Source of the DNA: a virus
Taxonomy: Duplodnaviria; Caudoviricetes
Length of the DNA stretch: 54,759 nt
Direction: 5' to 3' (one strand)
Virus record (IMG/VR): IMGVR_UViG_3300032083_000237
Location: 1 to 54,759 of that record
The stretch's first letter is position 1; each line of letters opens with the position of its first letter. The notes below the pieces were generated by a model, which saw nothing but the letters and a program-made list of their open reading frames with translations, did no database searches and was not told where the DNA came from. Positions 27,648-37,534 of the stretch are shown here, piece by piece. The position numbers were made by a program, and so were the translations under genes.

Positions 27648-28126
27648 TAACCAATTCCTAGTGATATCAGATATATGCCCCCACCTAATACACCAATTAT
27701 TAGTAATGATAGGCCACCTATAGCTGCGTTGTTTGCCATCTGTCTTTTAGCTTCCATCGCCGCATAAACAGTCTCTTCACGTTCCTTACGTATTTGCCTA
27801 CGCATACCTAACATTTCATCGTATGTGCCAAGACCAAACCTGTAGTCTAACATAAACTTTATTTCTTTTTCTTTCTCAAGCAATGTCTTCTTACGAACAA
27901 TAATGTCCATTGCTTCTTGTTCTATGTTGTCAGTACCGTGTGTCTGCTTGTCTAACCATGTAGGGTTCTTACGTTGGGACTCAGCCCTAGTAATATCAGC
28001 TACTGCACCGTACCATGCACCTAGTTGCTGTGATACATCTTGTATCTCTCTACCAGCACCTACTAGCATCTTGACCCCTTTGAAGGCTGCATTAGCTGCA
28101 GCAAAAGCTGTAACGGGGTCTATCAT
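27647..28126 (-). CDS. Hypothetical membrane protein
   Basis: MIDPVTA..AA..AF N-terminus, coiled coil, C-terminal TM helix. Confidence 0.75.
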   Translation of the reverse strand: MIDPVTAFAAANAAFKGVKMLVGAGREIQDVSQQLGAWYGAVADITRAESQRKNPTWLDKQTHGTDNIEQEAMDIIVRKKTLLEKEKEIKFMLDYRFGLGTYDEMLGMRRQIRKEREETVYAAMEAKRQMANNAAIGGLSLLIIGVLGGGIYLISLGIG

Positions 28127-28130
28127 TTAA

Positions 28131-28385
28131 TTATCTCTTTGCGTGATTAGTTGTAACCACATTTAATGCTTCCTTGATTGCTTCTACATTTGCATCAATA
28201 CGTGCAATCATTACGTCATTCTCATGTATATCATCAGCTAGTCTTGCTGTGCTAGTTTCTACATCAGCTATCTCAGCCCTGTTATACTTAATGTCTGATA
28301 CCATGCTGGACACTGCCCACACTACAGCAGCACCCTGTGCTAGTAATGCTCCTGCTATTGTTACTAATGTCCAGTTGATATCCAT
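28131..28385 (-). CDS. Hypothetical membrane-anchored coiled-coil protein
   Basis: N-terminal TM then heptads. Confidence 0.7.
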   Translation of the reverse strand: MDINWTLVTIAGALLAQGAAVVWAVSSMVSDIKYNRAEIADVETSTARLADDIHENDVMIARIDANVEAIKEALNVVTTNHAKR

Positions 28386-28720
28386 TAAGTTACTTCAACC
28401 CAGCTTGTTGTATCTTCATTCCAAATGTAGCTTTTGTCATCATCAGGATACGCAACAGGTGGCTCCCACAAACAAGTTGTTTCGTTTAGTATCCAACTTG
28501 GGTGAGGCTGTGGCGCATAGAAAGCATCCCTTGTGCTGTCATATGTGTAGCCAACACCTGCATAGTTTTTTCTTAATGGTGTGTTGCCAAGTCGGTGCTG
28601 ACCACCATATGTATTGTAGCTGGTCTGAACCCAAGTCCCTACCTGAGTATCAACAAAGTCTTGTTCAGCCACAATTACTTGCGTGACAATTCCGTTTTCT
28701 ATTTTTGCATAATGTGCCAT
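28385..28720 (-). CDS. Tail-fibre-associated small protein
   Basis: MAHYAKI...W.QTSYN...RKNYAG.GY.YD...DAF..PQP..SW.L.E.T..W..P..YP; follows the Gly-rich fibre gene. Confidence 0.75.
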   Translation of the reverse strand: MAHYAKIENGIVTQVIVAEQDFVDTQVGTWVQTSYNTYGGQHRLGNTPLRKNYAGVGYTYDSTRDAFYAPQPHPSWILNETTCLWEPPVAYPDDDKSYIWNEDTTSWVEVT

Positions 28721-28723
28721 TAT

Positions 28724-29509
28724 TTAATCAATCGTAAATGTGCCAGAGGAAGTAAATTTGTGGAACGTATAATCACCACTTGTCGTAACAGTGCCGCCTG
28801 AAGCTGAACCCTCAGAAGATGTAAGGTACTTAATAACAACAATACCAGAACCACCTGCTGTCCCGTCAGTATCACCAGACCCACCACCAGCACCGTTGCC
28901 TGTGTTAGCCCCTCCTGCTGGGCCTGTACCAGCACCATTAGCATTATTACCACCATCACCACCAACAGCATATGTTACTCCATCTGTTCCCGCAGCACCT
29001 GCACCTCCTGCCCCAAAGTCAGTGTTAACAGCATTTGCTCCAACGGCCCCTTTACCCCCGCCACCAGCCCCCGGCCCGTATTCTCTAGTGCCAGCATTTC
29101 CACCAGCATTTCCTTGATTTGTCGTACCTGCTCCTCCTGCGGCAGAATTCGTAGAGCCACCACCGCCACCCGAACCACCAACAGAGCCAGTAACGCCGCC
29201 CGAACTACCGTTAGCACCACCACGACCCCCACCTATCATTGTCTCGCCAAAAGCTGTGGTATTACCGCCATTTGTTTGTGCTTGGCTGGCAGAGCCTAAC
29301 ACACCGCCTGCGCCGATAGTGATAGTGTAATCGCCACTCTCTTGTTCTACGTTAGAAAATGTCCTCATGCCTCCAGCACCGCCACCACCACCACGGTTTC
29401 TGCCTGAACCGCCACCGCCAGCAACAAGAGTATAAGTAAGGTCAATCGGCGGTCCCCCTCTACTTGGATAACCGCCAAAGCCTAACATATTATAACCAAA
29501 GCTACTCAT
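28724..29509 (-). CDS. Glycine-rich tail fibre/spike domain protein
   Basis: LVAGGGG, GGGGAGG, ITIGAGG, NTGNGAGG, GGSGIVVIKY, HKFTSSGTF. Confidence 0.8.
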   Translation of the reverse strand: MSSFGYNMLGFGGYPSRGGPPIDLTYTLVAGGGGSGRNRGGGGGAGGMRTFSNVEQESGDYTITIGAGGVLGSASQAQTNGGNTTAFGETMIGGGRGGANGSSGGVTGSVGGSGGGGGSTNSAAGGAGTTNQGNAGGNAGTREYGPGAGGGGKGAVGANAVNTDFGAGGAGAAGTDGVTYAVGGDGGNNANGAGTGPAGGANTGNGAGGGSGDTDGTAGGSGIVVIKYLTSSEGSASGGTVTTSGDYTFHKFTSSGTFTID

Positions 29510-30594
29510 TATGCATCATTCGCCGCATCAGTGGTAAAGAATAATTTAATGCCATGTAGTCTACAGTCTCCTGCCATATCATCATTAGTTGCTGAAACAT
29601 CCCTAAATATTCTAAAGTAACAAAGTTGATCTACTGCTGGTGAACCTGCAATAGTAATAGCAGCACTCTCAGCAGACACTAACATTTCTTCTACAGCACC
29701 TTGAGCATCATCATCTACTAATACTGCTGTGCCATATGCTACATCTATTGTATCATTGTCTCCTACAGCTACACCTTGTAATCCTAATGTTACACCTGTA
29801 GTGGCTGCAATGCCTGACCAAAAGAATTGAAAGGTTACAGTACCTTCATTCCATGATTTAGGAAATGCCACACTAAACTGTGCAAATTCATCACTATCTT
29901 TATCAAAGTCTAATACAACCATATCAGGTCTACCTGATGTAGTCTCTACTGTAGTAAGTGCAGAACAACCATTAGAAGTAGTGGGCTGCATAGCACTGGC
30001 AGGAACCCATATAGTTTCTTTACCTGCAGTTTTTGCTACTACTCCATCTAATTGATTTAACTCAGCAGCAGTGCTAGTAACAGCAGTGCTACCCAAGATT
30101 AGATCACCGTCAGGAATTATAACGTCACCTGCAAACGTAGCACCTGTAGTGCCTGTAGGTATAGACATTACAGTAGCATCTGCGTCATTCTTAATGGTTA
30201 CATCTGAGGTAGAACCCTGACCAGTAAGCACCAAGCCATCAGCAGCAGCATACCCTACGGCTGCATCATCACCTGCTGCTGTGTCACCTGTAGGTAAGAA
30301 CGTACCACCTGATGCAGTAACATCCCCTGTGAATGTCTGTGCTGATACTTCAAACGTAGCAAACGAAACAATCTCTACAGTGTCATCTGCTGCTGCCCCT
30401 ACAGCTAGTACTACGTCAGACCCATTAGTAGCAGTATAGTCAGCCCTAGCTAAGTGTACTCCGTTAAGATACACGGATACAAAGTTAGGAGTGTAACCCC
30501 CTGTAGTGAATGTAGTTTGACTTGATGTAGCTGTGTAAACGTCCCTAGTTTCTGTTGCTTGGGGTACGGGTACTGAACCTATATAACCTGCCAT
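29509..30594 (-). CDS. Tail fibre protein
   Basis: MAGYIG start, VYLNGV...DYTATNG domain, TAAELN repeat, modules shared with neighbouring fibres. Confidence 0.75.
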   Translation of the reverse strand: MAGYIGSVPVPQATETRDVYTATSSQTTFTTGGYTPNFVSVYLNGVHLARADYTATNGSDVVLAVGAAADDTVEIVSFATFEVSAQTFTGDVTASGGTFLPTGDTAAGDDAAVGYAAADGLVLTGQGSTSDVTIKNDADATVMSIPTGTTGATFAGDVIIPDGDLILGSTAVTSTAAELNQLDGVVAKTAGKETIWVPASAMQPTTSNGCSALTTVETTSGRPDMVVLDFDKDSDEFAQFSVAFPKSWNEGTVTFQFFWSGIAATTGVTLGLQGVAVGDNDTIDVAYGTAVLVDDDAQGAVEEMLVSAESAAITIAGSPAVDQLCYFRIFRDVSATNDDMAGDCRLHGIKLFFTTDAANDA

Positions 30595-30603
30595 TTTGTT
30601 TCC

Positions 30604-31515
30604 TTATGAATTAACTCTACCGTACATAGTAATTGTTCCACTTGCTATGTTCCCAGTGTGAAATAAAAACTGAACAGCATTAACAACTCTAGCAATTTTT
30701 GTTTTACCACCCTGCGGGGTCTTATCCAGATTACCGTTGTTTTTTGAATAAACACCGTCTGCAAAAGCATAAGTACATGTATTTAGATGAGGGCCGTGTA
30801 CTTTAACATCTAATGACGCCCCTTCTGTTGAAACATTACCCATGCCATAATACATTAAAGGTATATAACTTGCATCTGCATCAGTCGGACTGCCAGCAAA
30901 ATAGCTATCACTTGCAGATAAATAATTAGAACCGTTGTCAATAGACATTCTTATTGCAAAATCGGCGTCATCCGTTGCGGGAACAATATTGGCGCAGGTA
31001 AAAAGATAGCTGTCATATTTACTGCTATCAAACCCAGTAAAACTAGCTGTTGCTGCGTTGCTTATATCAGTAGAAGAGATAAACTCTAGTCCACCACCAA
31101 TTTTAGTTCCCATATAAGTAGCCAACCTAGCCATTGTAGCCTTGCGGTTAGTACCACCAGCCCCATCGTCTACAATCATAAGGTCAGCATCTACAAGAGC
31201 AGCACCAATATCTGTACCGCCATCAATGTCTAAGTCAGCTACAGCAATGCTACCATCTGGGAAAGTTGGTGTTCCAGCAAAGGTAATACCTGTAGTACCT
31301 GTGGGTACATGAGCTACTAATGCATCAGCATCATTTTTAATAGTAACGTCACCTGTACTACCTTGCCCTGTTAAGATTAGACCTTCAGCAGCAGTAAAGC
31401 CTATTGCAGCATTGTCTCCTGCAGCAGTGTCACCCGTAGGTTCCATTGTGGCACCAGCAATAGTGCCAGAAAACCCACCGCCTACAATGTTAGCTGTATC
31501 TCTTGCTTTAGTCAT
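30604..31515 (-). CDS. Tail fibre protein
   Basis: MTKARD start; shares modules with 29509..30594 and 31832..32863; ends GNIASGTITMYG. Confidence 0.75.
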   Translation of the reverse strand: MTKARDTANIVGGGFSGTIAGATMEPTGDTAAGDNAAIGFTAAEGLILTGQGSTGDVTIKNDADALVAHVPTGTTGITFAGTPTFPDGSIAVADLDIDGGTDIGAALVDADLMIVDDGAGGTNRKATMARLATYMGTKIGGGLEFISSTDISNAATASFTGFDSSKYDSYLFTCANIVPATDDADFAIRMSIDNGSNYLSASDSYFAGSPTDADASYIPLMYYGMGNVSTEGASLDVKVHGPHLNTCTYAFADGVYSKNNGNLDKTPQGGKTKIARVVNAVQFLFHTGNIASGTITMYGRVNS

Positions 31516-31525
31516 AATCTATCCT

Positions 31526-31807
31526 TTAGCTAGGCTTGGTAGGCCACGTAATACTATTAGGGAATCCACCCTGTGCTGGTACGTCCCGTAGTGCTGTACG
31601 ATAAGTAGTCCATGCGTCTGACATGGTTACATCACTGTTGCCCATCCAGTCTGTAGCAGCCAGTAGTGCATCACGTTCTTCACGGACCTGTACAGCAGCA
31701 CGTGTGTCTGCACCGTCAGCCCATGCTTGTTCTTCAGCATCACGTGCAGTTTCTTCTGCTGCTGTGAACTGAACCATTTCTCCGTTAATATTATGATATC
31801 TTGGCAT
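31526..31807 (-). CDS. Tail fibre assembly chaperone
   Basis: VREERDALLAATDW...W.TYR.ALRDVP.Q.GFP..I.WP.KPS. Confidence 0.85.
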   Translation of the reverse strand: MPRYHNINGEMVQFTAAEETARDAEEQAWADGADTRAAVQVREERDALLAATDWMGNSDVTMSDAWTTYRTALRDVPAQGGFPNSITWPTKPS

Positions 31808-31831
31808 TTCTGCTTTTCCTTTGTTGTTGTG

Positions 31832-32863
31832 TTATGAATTAACCATACCATACATAGTAATTGTTCCTGATGCTATATTACCACTGCTCATAAAAAACTG
31901 AACTGCATCTACATCAGCTTCTGATTCTCTAACACCATTAACTATTTGCATAGAAGGCTGACCCTCTGAGCCAGAATTAAAAAAACCTAAATTAGAAGAT
32001 ACTCTAGTTTTAGTAGTTAAATGTGGCCCAAAAATTTGTACAGTTCCTGAAGCTCCCCCTTCTTCACCAGTATCTCCACCTTGAGAAAATGTAAGTCGTA
32101 TGTCAGTGTCGGCTACATCATAACTGTCTTCGTCGCTTGTAGCTCTCTGACCTTTGGATACCCATTGATAGTCACTACTACCACTATCGTAACTACTACC
32201 ACCATTACTGCTAGTTCTCAGTCCAAAATCCACACCGCCAGCACCCGTTATAGTAACATTTTGAATGTAAAAAACATAATTATCATATTTACTTGCATCA
32301 AATCCTGTAAAAGATACAGTAGCTGCATCACTGATATCAGTAGAAGAAATAAACTCTAATCCACCACCAATTTTAGTACCCATATAAGTTGCAAGCCTAG
32401 ACATTGTAGCTTTACGATTAGTGCCACCTGCACCGTCATCTACAATCATTAAGTCTGCATCAACTAATGCTGCACCAATGTCAGTGCCACCGTCTATGTC
32501 TAGGTCTGCTAAGTTTAAACTACCATCAGGAAATACAGGAGCTTGACTAAATGTCACTACACCGTTACTTGCAATAGCTAGACTATCTGTGTCTGATGCA
32601 GCACCAATGTTACCACCATCTGCTACTACTACACTTCCAACTGTTGCAACACCTGTAGCTGTTACATTACGGAGACTAGCTACATCTTTGTTTGCATCTG
32701 CAGTTACAGTCTTACTAGCTACAACAGTCCCTACTGCAGCACCTGTATCATTGTAGTTTAACTCAGCAGTGGTAGCCGTAACACCATCAATGATATTAAG
32801 CTCATCAATAGTTGCACTAAGCCCTGACCTGATCTGTGCTTGATTACCAATATAACCTGCCAT
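31832..32863 (-). CDS. Tail fibre protein
   Basis: MAGYIG start, T.ELN repeats, C-terminal domain paralogous to 30604..31515. Confidence 0.75.
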   Translation of the reverse strand: MAGYIGNQAQIRSGLSATIDELNIIDGVTATTAELNYNDTGAAVGTVVASKTVTADANKDVASLRNVTATGVATVGSVVVADGGNIGAASDTDSLAIASNGVVTFSQAPVFPDGSLNLADLDIDGGTDIGAALVDADLMIVDDGAGGTNRKATMSRLATYMGTKIGGGLEFISSTDISDAATVSFTGFDASKYDNYVFYIQNVTITGAGGVDFGLRTSSNGGSSYDSGSSDYQWVSKGQRATSDEDSYDVADTDIRLTFSQGGDTGEEGGASGTVQIFGPHLTTKTRVSSNLGFFNSGSEGQPSMQIVNGVRESEADVDAVQFFMSSGNIASGTITMYGMVNS

Positions 32864-33219
32864 TAGCTGTCAATCTCCATGTAGCTCATAATTACTGAGA
32901 CTTTATCTGCCACACTACAGTCTACCTTAATGATATCACCTGCGTTAAGAACAACCTTACCGTCTAGTACAGACAGTGATGATCCTACTGGTATAGCTGC
33001 ATCTTTAATAATGTGTGCTGTAGTGTTTTGTGTTTGACTTGTTTGTGTAGTTGTACTAACCAGAGTTACACTTGCTGTAACCTGAGAGGTGTGTACGTTA
33101 GCTAAAGTAAGTCCTAAGATGATAGCCCTAGTACTTGATTGAGTAGTGTATATTGTTTCAGGAGTACCTGCACTAGCTGGTGCAACGTCCCTTGTAATTG
33201 TCTTGAATGTATTTGCCAT
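32863..33219 (-). CDS. Small tail-associated beta-sandwich protein
   Basis: MANTFK...L.AN...IP..SSL....K.VL..GD...SYME pattern; lies among fibre genes. Confidence 0.7.
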   Translation of the reverse strand: MANTFKTITRDVAPASAGTPETIYTTQSSTRAIILGLTLANVHTSQVTASVTLVSTTTQTSQTQNTTAHIIKDAAIPVGSSLSVLDGKVVLNAGDIIKVDCSVADKVSVIMSYMEIDS

Positions 33220-33231
33220 TATTTTATATCC

Positions 33232-34764
33232 TTATCCAAGGGCGATTGCTAAAGCTGTTGCTTCATCTTGTGCTATGATTACTGCTGCTTCTTCAGTTGA
33301 AACTGTACCAGCAGTTGAAGGTAAAGTCAAGGTAATATCTGCAGTAGATGCAGGGCCAATAAGTGTTACTTTATTTGATCCATTGTCTGAGTCTTCAAAG
33401 AACTCAAGGAACCCTGCTGACGTAGCACCATTCTTTAGCTGAACCCCTGCATTTGCAATAGGGGTAGTGAGTACTGGGGTAGTAAGTGTTTTGTTTGTAA
33501 GTGTGTCTGTAGATACAAGTGATACTAAAGTAGAACTAGCACCAGCAGGTAGTAACATGGTATTAGTAACAGAAGCTGAGTGTGGTTGTGCAATTACTGT
33601 TTGACCGTGGCTGTTGCTCTCACAGTTAAATACGATAGCACCTGAGTTAGTGTTACCACGTACAACAACAGTGCCTGTACCATTAGGTGCTAGGTCTATT
33701 GTAGCATTAGAAGTAGTAACAATGTCAGCACCATTCATATCTAGGTTGCCGCCTAGTTGTGGGCTGGTATCTTCACTTAGATTAGAGATAGCAGATGAGG
33801 TAGCAAGGCCAGATACAAGTGTGCTTCTAGCAACTTTCTTTATGCCACCACCAGAAGTATCAAGTGCAAGAAACACATCATCACTAGCAATGGTACTAAT
33901 TTCAGCTAGATCGCCTATTGTACTACCACTTACATCAAGAATGTTTAACTCTGCTGCAGTAGATGTAACACCATCTAAGATATTAAGTTCTGCTGTTGTA
34001 GCTGTAACGCCATCAATTAAGTTAAGCTCAGTGGCTGTGGCTGTTACACCATCTAGGATATTAAGTTCAGCAGCAGTAGCAGTAATAGCTGTACCATTAA
34101 AGTTAATAGCATCTAAGTAAGCTGTACCATCAATGTACAAGTCACGCCATTCTTGACTAGCTGAACCTAAATCGTATGTATCATCTGTGTTAGGAATAAT
34201 ACTAGAGTTTACGTCAGCACCAAACACAACATTGTCAGTGGCTGCATCACCCATTGTAATTGTACCACCATTAAAGGTAGTAGTACCTGTTACCGTAAGA
34301 TTACCGCCAACACCTAAGTTACCTGATATATCAGCAGCACCATTAATATCTATAGTAGTAGCAGCAATCTGTACTTCTGTGTCTGCTACAATGTCAAGCT
34401 GACCGTCAACACTAGAATTAAGATAGATGCCAGTATCACGAAACTGAATCTTCTCTGTTGACGCAATAAGTAAATCATCAGAAAACTCAAAGTAATCCTC
34501 ATCCTCCATCCACTTAAATACACCATCATTACTCTCACCATCAAAGGTTACTGTAATGTCTGTACCTGCAGTGCCATTGCCAAAGGTAAGAGAAGTACCA
34601 AGCAAAGACGTAATAGGACCACCTTCACCTGTAGTACCATCATGTGTGTGACCTGTACTTGCAGCAAAAGCAGCTAGAAGCTGATCAAACTCATTGTTAG
34701 TATGATCTGCTGTGATGGTATCCCCATCTTCATAAGTAGATTGTCTTGTATAAATAGCACCCAT
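33232..34764 (-). CDS. Tail fibre protein (tail-anchoring)
   Basis: N-terminal YTRQS..DG..I.A...N.EF.QL...GHTHDG; four 14-aa TATAAELNILDGV repeats; DTSPQLGGNLD; C-terminal ATALAIALG. Confidence 0.8.
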   Translation of the reverse strand: MGAIYTRQSTYEDGDTITADHTNNEFDQLLAAFAASTGHTHDGTTGEGGPITSLLGTSLTFGNGTAGTDITVTFDGESNDGVFKWMEDEDYFEFSDDLLIASTEKIQFRDTGIYLNSSVDGQLDIVADTEVQIAATTIDINGAADISGNLGVGGNLTVTGTTTFNGGTITMGDAATDNVVFGADVNSSIIPNTDDTYDLGSASQEWRDLYIDGTAYLDAINFNGTAITATAAELNILDGVTATATELNLIDGVTATTAELNILDGVTSTAAELNILDVSGSTIGDLAEISTIASDDVFLALDTSGGGIKKVARSTLVSGLATSSAISNLSEDTSPQLGGNLDMNGADIVTTSNATIDLAPNGTGTVVVRGNTNSGAIVFNCESNSHGQTVIAQPHSASVTNTMLLPAGASSTLVSLVSTDTLTNKTLTTPVLTTPIANAGVQLKNGATSAGFLEFFEDSDNGSNKVTLIGPASTADITLTLPSTAGTVSTEEAAVIIAQDEATALAIALG

Positions 34765-36510
34765 CTAACGTCTTGCTCCTAATTGATATTCTAACTGAAA
34801 CCCTTTGAGTGAATAAGCTGCACTACTGCCGCCATCTTCTACTTTTAATGCTACAGAAAAACCTGAACCTTCTACTGGTTGGCGTACAAGTGGCTGTGTA
34901 GGTCCACCATAAACAAACTGTGTAGTACTAGCAGAGGTACTATATAAAGCATTACCATACGTAGCTGCAAGCTGTGTATTATCAAAAGGGTAAACAGCAG
35001 GTCTTGCTGAGTTTTTATCTTCGTTATCATAACGCACTATTAAGTCTGCATCAACAGTACCTTCAGGTTTATAGTTAATAATTACCCGTTGCATGTGCTT
35101 ACGGATACCGTTATCCCCAAAGCTCATATCAGGACTTCTATACTTACCTGATATTATTGTGCCATCAAATGTATCACCTGACTCTTGTCTTTGCACAAAA
35201 CCATTGGTATCACCATGAACTACAATTACATTACCTGCTTCAATAAAAGTATCTGTACATTGTACCTTTATACCACGTGTTTCTGAAAACTCAAATGCTT
35301 CTTTTTTAAGAACACAGATAGCCCCTTTAGAAAGGCTTGCACCCTGACCATCTTTAGTAAAAAATATACGGTATTGGGTTTTATCGGGTATAACTACACT
35401 ATCAAACGATCCTGCATCTTTAATGTTCTCATCAAATACAGTCTGGATATTCTTACTAATAGTACCAAGTTCTGTATCACCAATACGTGCAGTAGCAGCA
35501 ACAGTACGTAAGCCATCAGGACCAAGGAAGATTAAGTCACCTGCAAATTCCTGTACGGTAAAACTGTTAATGCAACCAATGTTTCTTGTAACAGGTTCTA
35601 CAGAAAAATTACTTGAAGTAGAGCCAGTTAGTTTAAAAATCCTGTTTTCACAAAAGATAAACAAGCTATCACGAAATACTTTTAATGCAACTACTGTATC
35701 GTCAACGCTGATACTACCTGCAGGATCAGAAGCACCTGTATTAAACCCGTCTTCATTAAAGCCTTCACTAAAAATTATTTCTTGTGGCGTAGTAGATTTA
35801 CCTGCATAAAACATACGATTTCTGTAGGAGGCTACAACTGTAGACCCTGCCACACTACTGTCACTAACATCAGCAGCAGTCATAGCTGAGTTAAATATTA
35901 CAGGGGCATTAACACCATCAACACAAATAATCTTTTCATTACCATCAAAGTTGTATCTTTCAAAGTGGTACTTAGCTGCATTAGTTCTACCTGTATCTCT
36001 GACTGTCCAACTCTCAGACACTACATCAAACTTAGTATGTGCTGCAGCAGTAGTACTTGAAGTAGCCCTAGTTACACCAGTAAAGGTAGTAGCATTAACA
36101 CCTGTGTAGGTAAATAACTCTGAGTTAATCTGTATTGTACCACTAGAAGAAAACCCTGTAGTAGAGGGTACAGTAATAGTACCAGAGCCTGTCATACCTG
36201 TGCCTGATGCAATAGCTATAGACAACTCAGTAGAAGCAGAACTAAATATCTTTTCGCCTCTAGCTGCTATTATCTTGTCTGCAAAAGAAGCAGTCATTAA
36301 AACGTTTTCAGCAGTAGTGCTAGTAATTGGAACTACAGCATTTACATATTTACGAAAACCACTAATACGTCTATAGCCACCTGAAATATCAGGCTCAAAG
36401 TTTTCTAGTTCTAGTGCTTCTCCCGGTTGCATAATAAAGTTAGAACGGTTAAGTATTAAACCGCCTTCACAATTAAATGCTACTGGTTGTACTTGTGAAC
36501 TATCTGGCAT
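34765..36510 (-). CDS. Tail tubular/nozzle (stabilization) protein
   Basis: 581 aa, beta-rich, GGL...A..LENFEP...GGYRRI.G N-terminus, IGC....V...GD..FL..DG; follows the adaptor. Confidence 0.7.
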   Translation of the reverse strand: MPDSSQVQPVAFNCEGGLILNRSNFIMQPGEALELENFEPDISGGYRRISGFRKYVNAVVPITSTTAENVLMTASFADKIIAARGEKIFSSASTELSIAIASGTGMTGSGTITVPSTTGFSSSGTIQINSELFTYTGVNATTFTGVTRATSSTTAAAHTKFDVVSESWTVRDTGRTNAAKYHFERYNFDGNEKIICVDGVNAPVIFNSAMTAADVSDSSVAGSTVVASYRNRMFYAGKSTTPQEIIFSEGFNEDGFNTGASDPAGSISVDDTVVALKVFRDSLFIFCENRIFKLTGSTSSNFSVEPVTRNIGCINSFTVQEFAGDLIFLGPDGLRTVAATARIGDTELGTISKNIQTVFDENIKDAGSFDSVVIPDKTQYRIFFTKDGQGASLSKGAICVLKKEAFEFSETRGIKVQCTDTFIEAGNVIVVHGDTNGFVQRQESGDTFDGTIISGKYRSPDMSFGDNGIRKHMQRVIINYKPEGTVDADLIVRYDNEDKNSARPAVYPFDNTQLAATYGNALYSTSASTTQFVYGGPTQPLVRQPVEGSGFSVALKVEDGGSSAAYSLKGFQLEYQLGARR

Positions 36511-37448
36511 TAATTAATAACCCCAGACATAAAACTAATAGAACCACGTGGTCTTAAAACAACGGTTGATCTAACATACTCAAACTTATTAATAAGAAGA
36601 CTTTGCATGTTTTTAATACCTTGTTCAAAACGTTCAAAATTTAATTGATATTGATTTAACTCACCACGGTATTGATAAACATATGCGGTAGCTCCGTCTA
36701 CTATTACAGGAGCAAATCGGTCAGGAATAGTTGTTGTATCTCCATGTGCAGACAGATCAGAAGGAAAAGTATAATAATCAAAAGCTAGTGTATAAGCTTT
36801 ATCTGGGTAGGGGTGGAGAAGATAGTTATTATCAGGAGTGCGTACAATGCTTCTAGGTACGCCACCTTCTTCAAATTGTGTAACTGCCACACCACTAGAA
36901 TGTGCAGCAGCAGTGGTACTATTAGCACCACGTGTACAACCTGTAATATCATTGCCTAGTATTCCGGTGTAAGTAACTTGCTCACTACCTATATGTACTG
37001 TTCCTGTAGTATCAAGTCCTGTAGTAGATGCAAGAGTTAAAGTAGCCACACTATTAGAGTGTGATCCATTTAATGTGGTAGCTACAACGTCATCTTCTTG
37101 ATCAGCAAGACCGTTTTGAATATATTCGTTATAGTTTAGTGTCGTAAGACTGTTACCTGCTGCGTTAAGGTCATCATCTTTTTTAATCCTTGCTGTACTA
37201 TAATCTAACGACTTAGTACTTGTAGGGAGAGTATATCTACTTTGACCTGCTACTAAAGTAGAAGAGTTACTAGCGTGATTAAAAGAGTACCCAAACTCAC
37301 GCTGATTAATGTATCGTATTGATTCATTTACTGCATTCTGACATTGTATCTGTACCCCTCTAGCACTTGTAAAGTTACTAGAAGTAAGCTCTACCTCGTT
37401 CATACGTGTAATAACACTATTAGTTAATGTGAGAAAAGTAAGAGCCAT
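36510..37448 (-). CDS. Head-tail adaptor (tail tubular protein A-like)
   Basis: TFL.LTN.V..RMNEV.L N-terminus, L.AG...Y.LP, P.PDKAY; downstream of capsid genes. Confidence 0.7.
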   Translation of the reverse strand: MALTFLTLTNSVITRMNEVELTSSNFTSARGVQIQCQNAVNESIRYINQREFGYSFNHASNSSTLVAGQSRYTLPTSTKSLDYSTARIKKDDDLNAAGNSLTTLNYNEYIQNGLADQEDDVVATTLNGSHSNSVATLTLASTTGLDTTGTVHIGSEQVTYTGILGNDITGCTRGANSTTAAAHSSGVAVTQFEEGGVPRSIVRTPDNNYLLHPYPDKAYTLAFDYYTFPSDLSAHGDTTTIPDRFAPVIVDGATAYVYQYRGELNQYQLNFERFEQGIKNMQSLLINKFEYVRSTVVLRPRGSISFMSGVIN

Positions 37449-37492
37449 GTCTACCCCAAGAATTTTTTGTAGTGTATGTTTGATACACTAAT

Positions 37493-37517
37493 GGGGCCAG
37501 CATATAGCCAGCCCCAA
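37493..37517 (-). terminator. Hairpin after capsid/decoration genes (possible terminator)
   Basis: Minus strand tggggctggc-tatat-gctggcccca directly after the stop; weak U-tract. Confidence 0.4.
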
Positions 37518-37534
37518 AGTATGTATTATTTAAG

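Noticed and set aside
28791-29117. Pro-rich + strand ORF and similar antisense ORFs over tail genes (e.g. 33614..34120, 35423..35809)
   Set aside because: Shadow frames of Gly/Ala/Thr-rich minus-strand genes.
29509-32863. Diversity-generating retroelement or invertase shufflon behind the fibre repeats
   Set aside because: No reverse transcriptase; repeat differences are synonymous rather than adenine-specific; all cassettes are co-oriented with no inverted sites.
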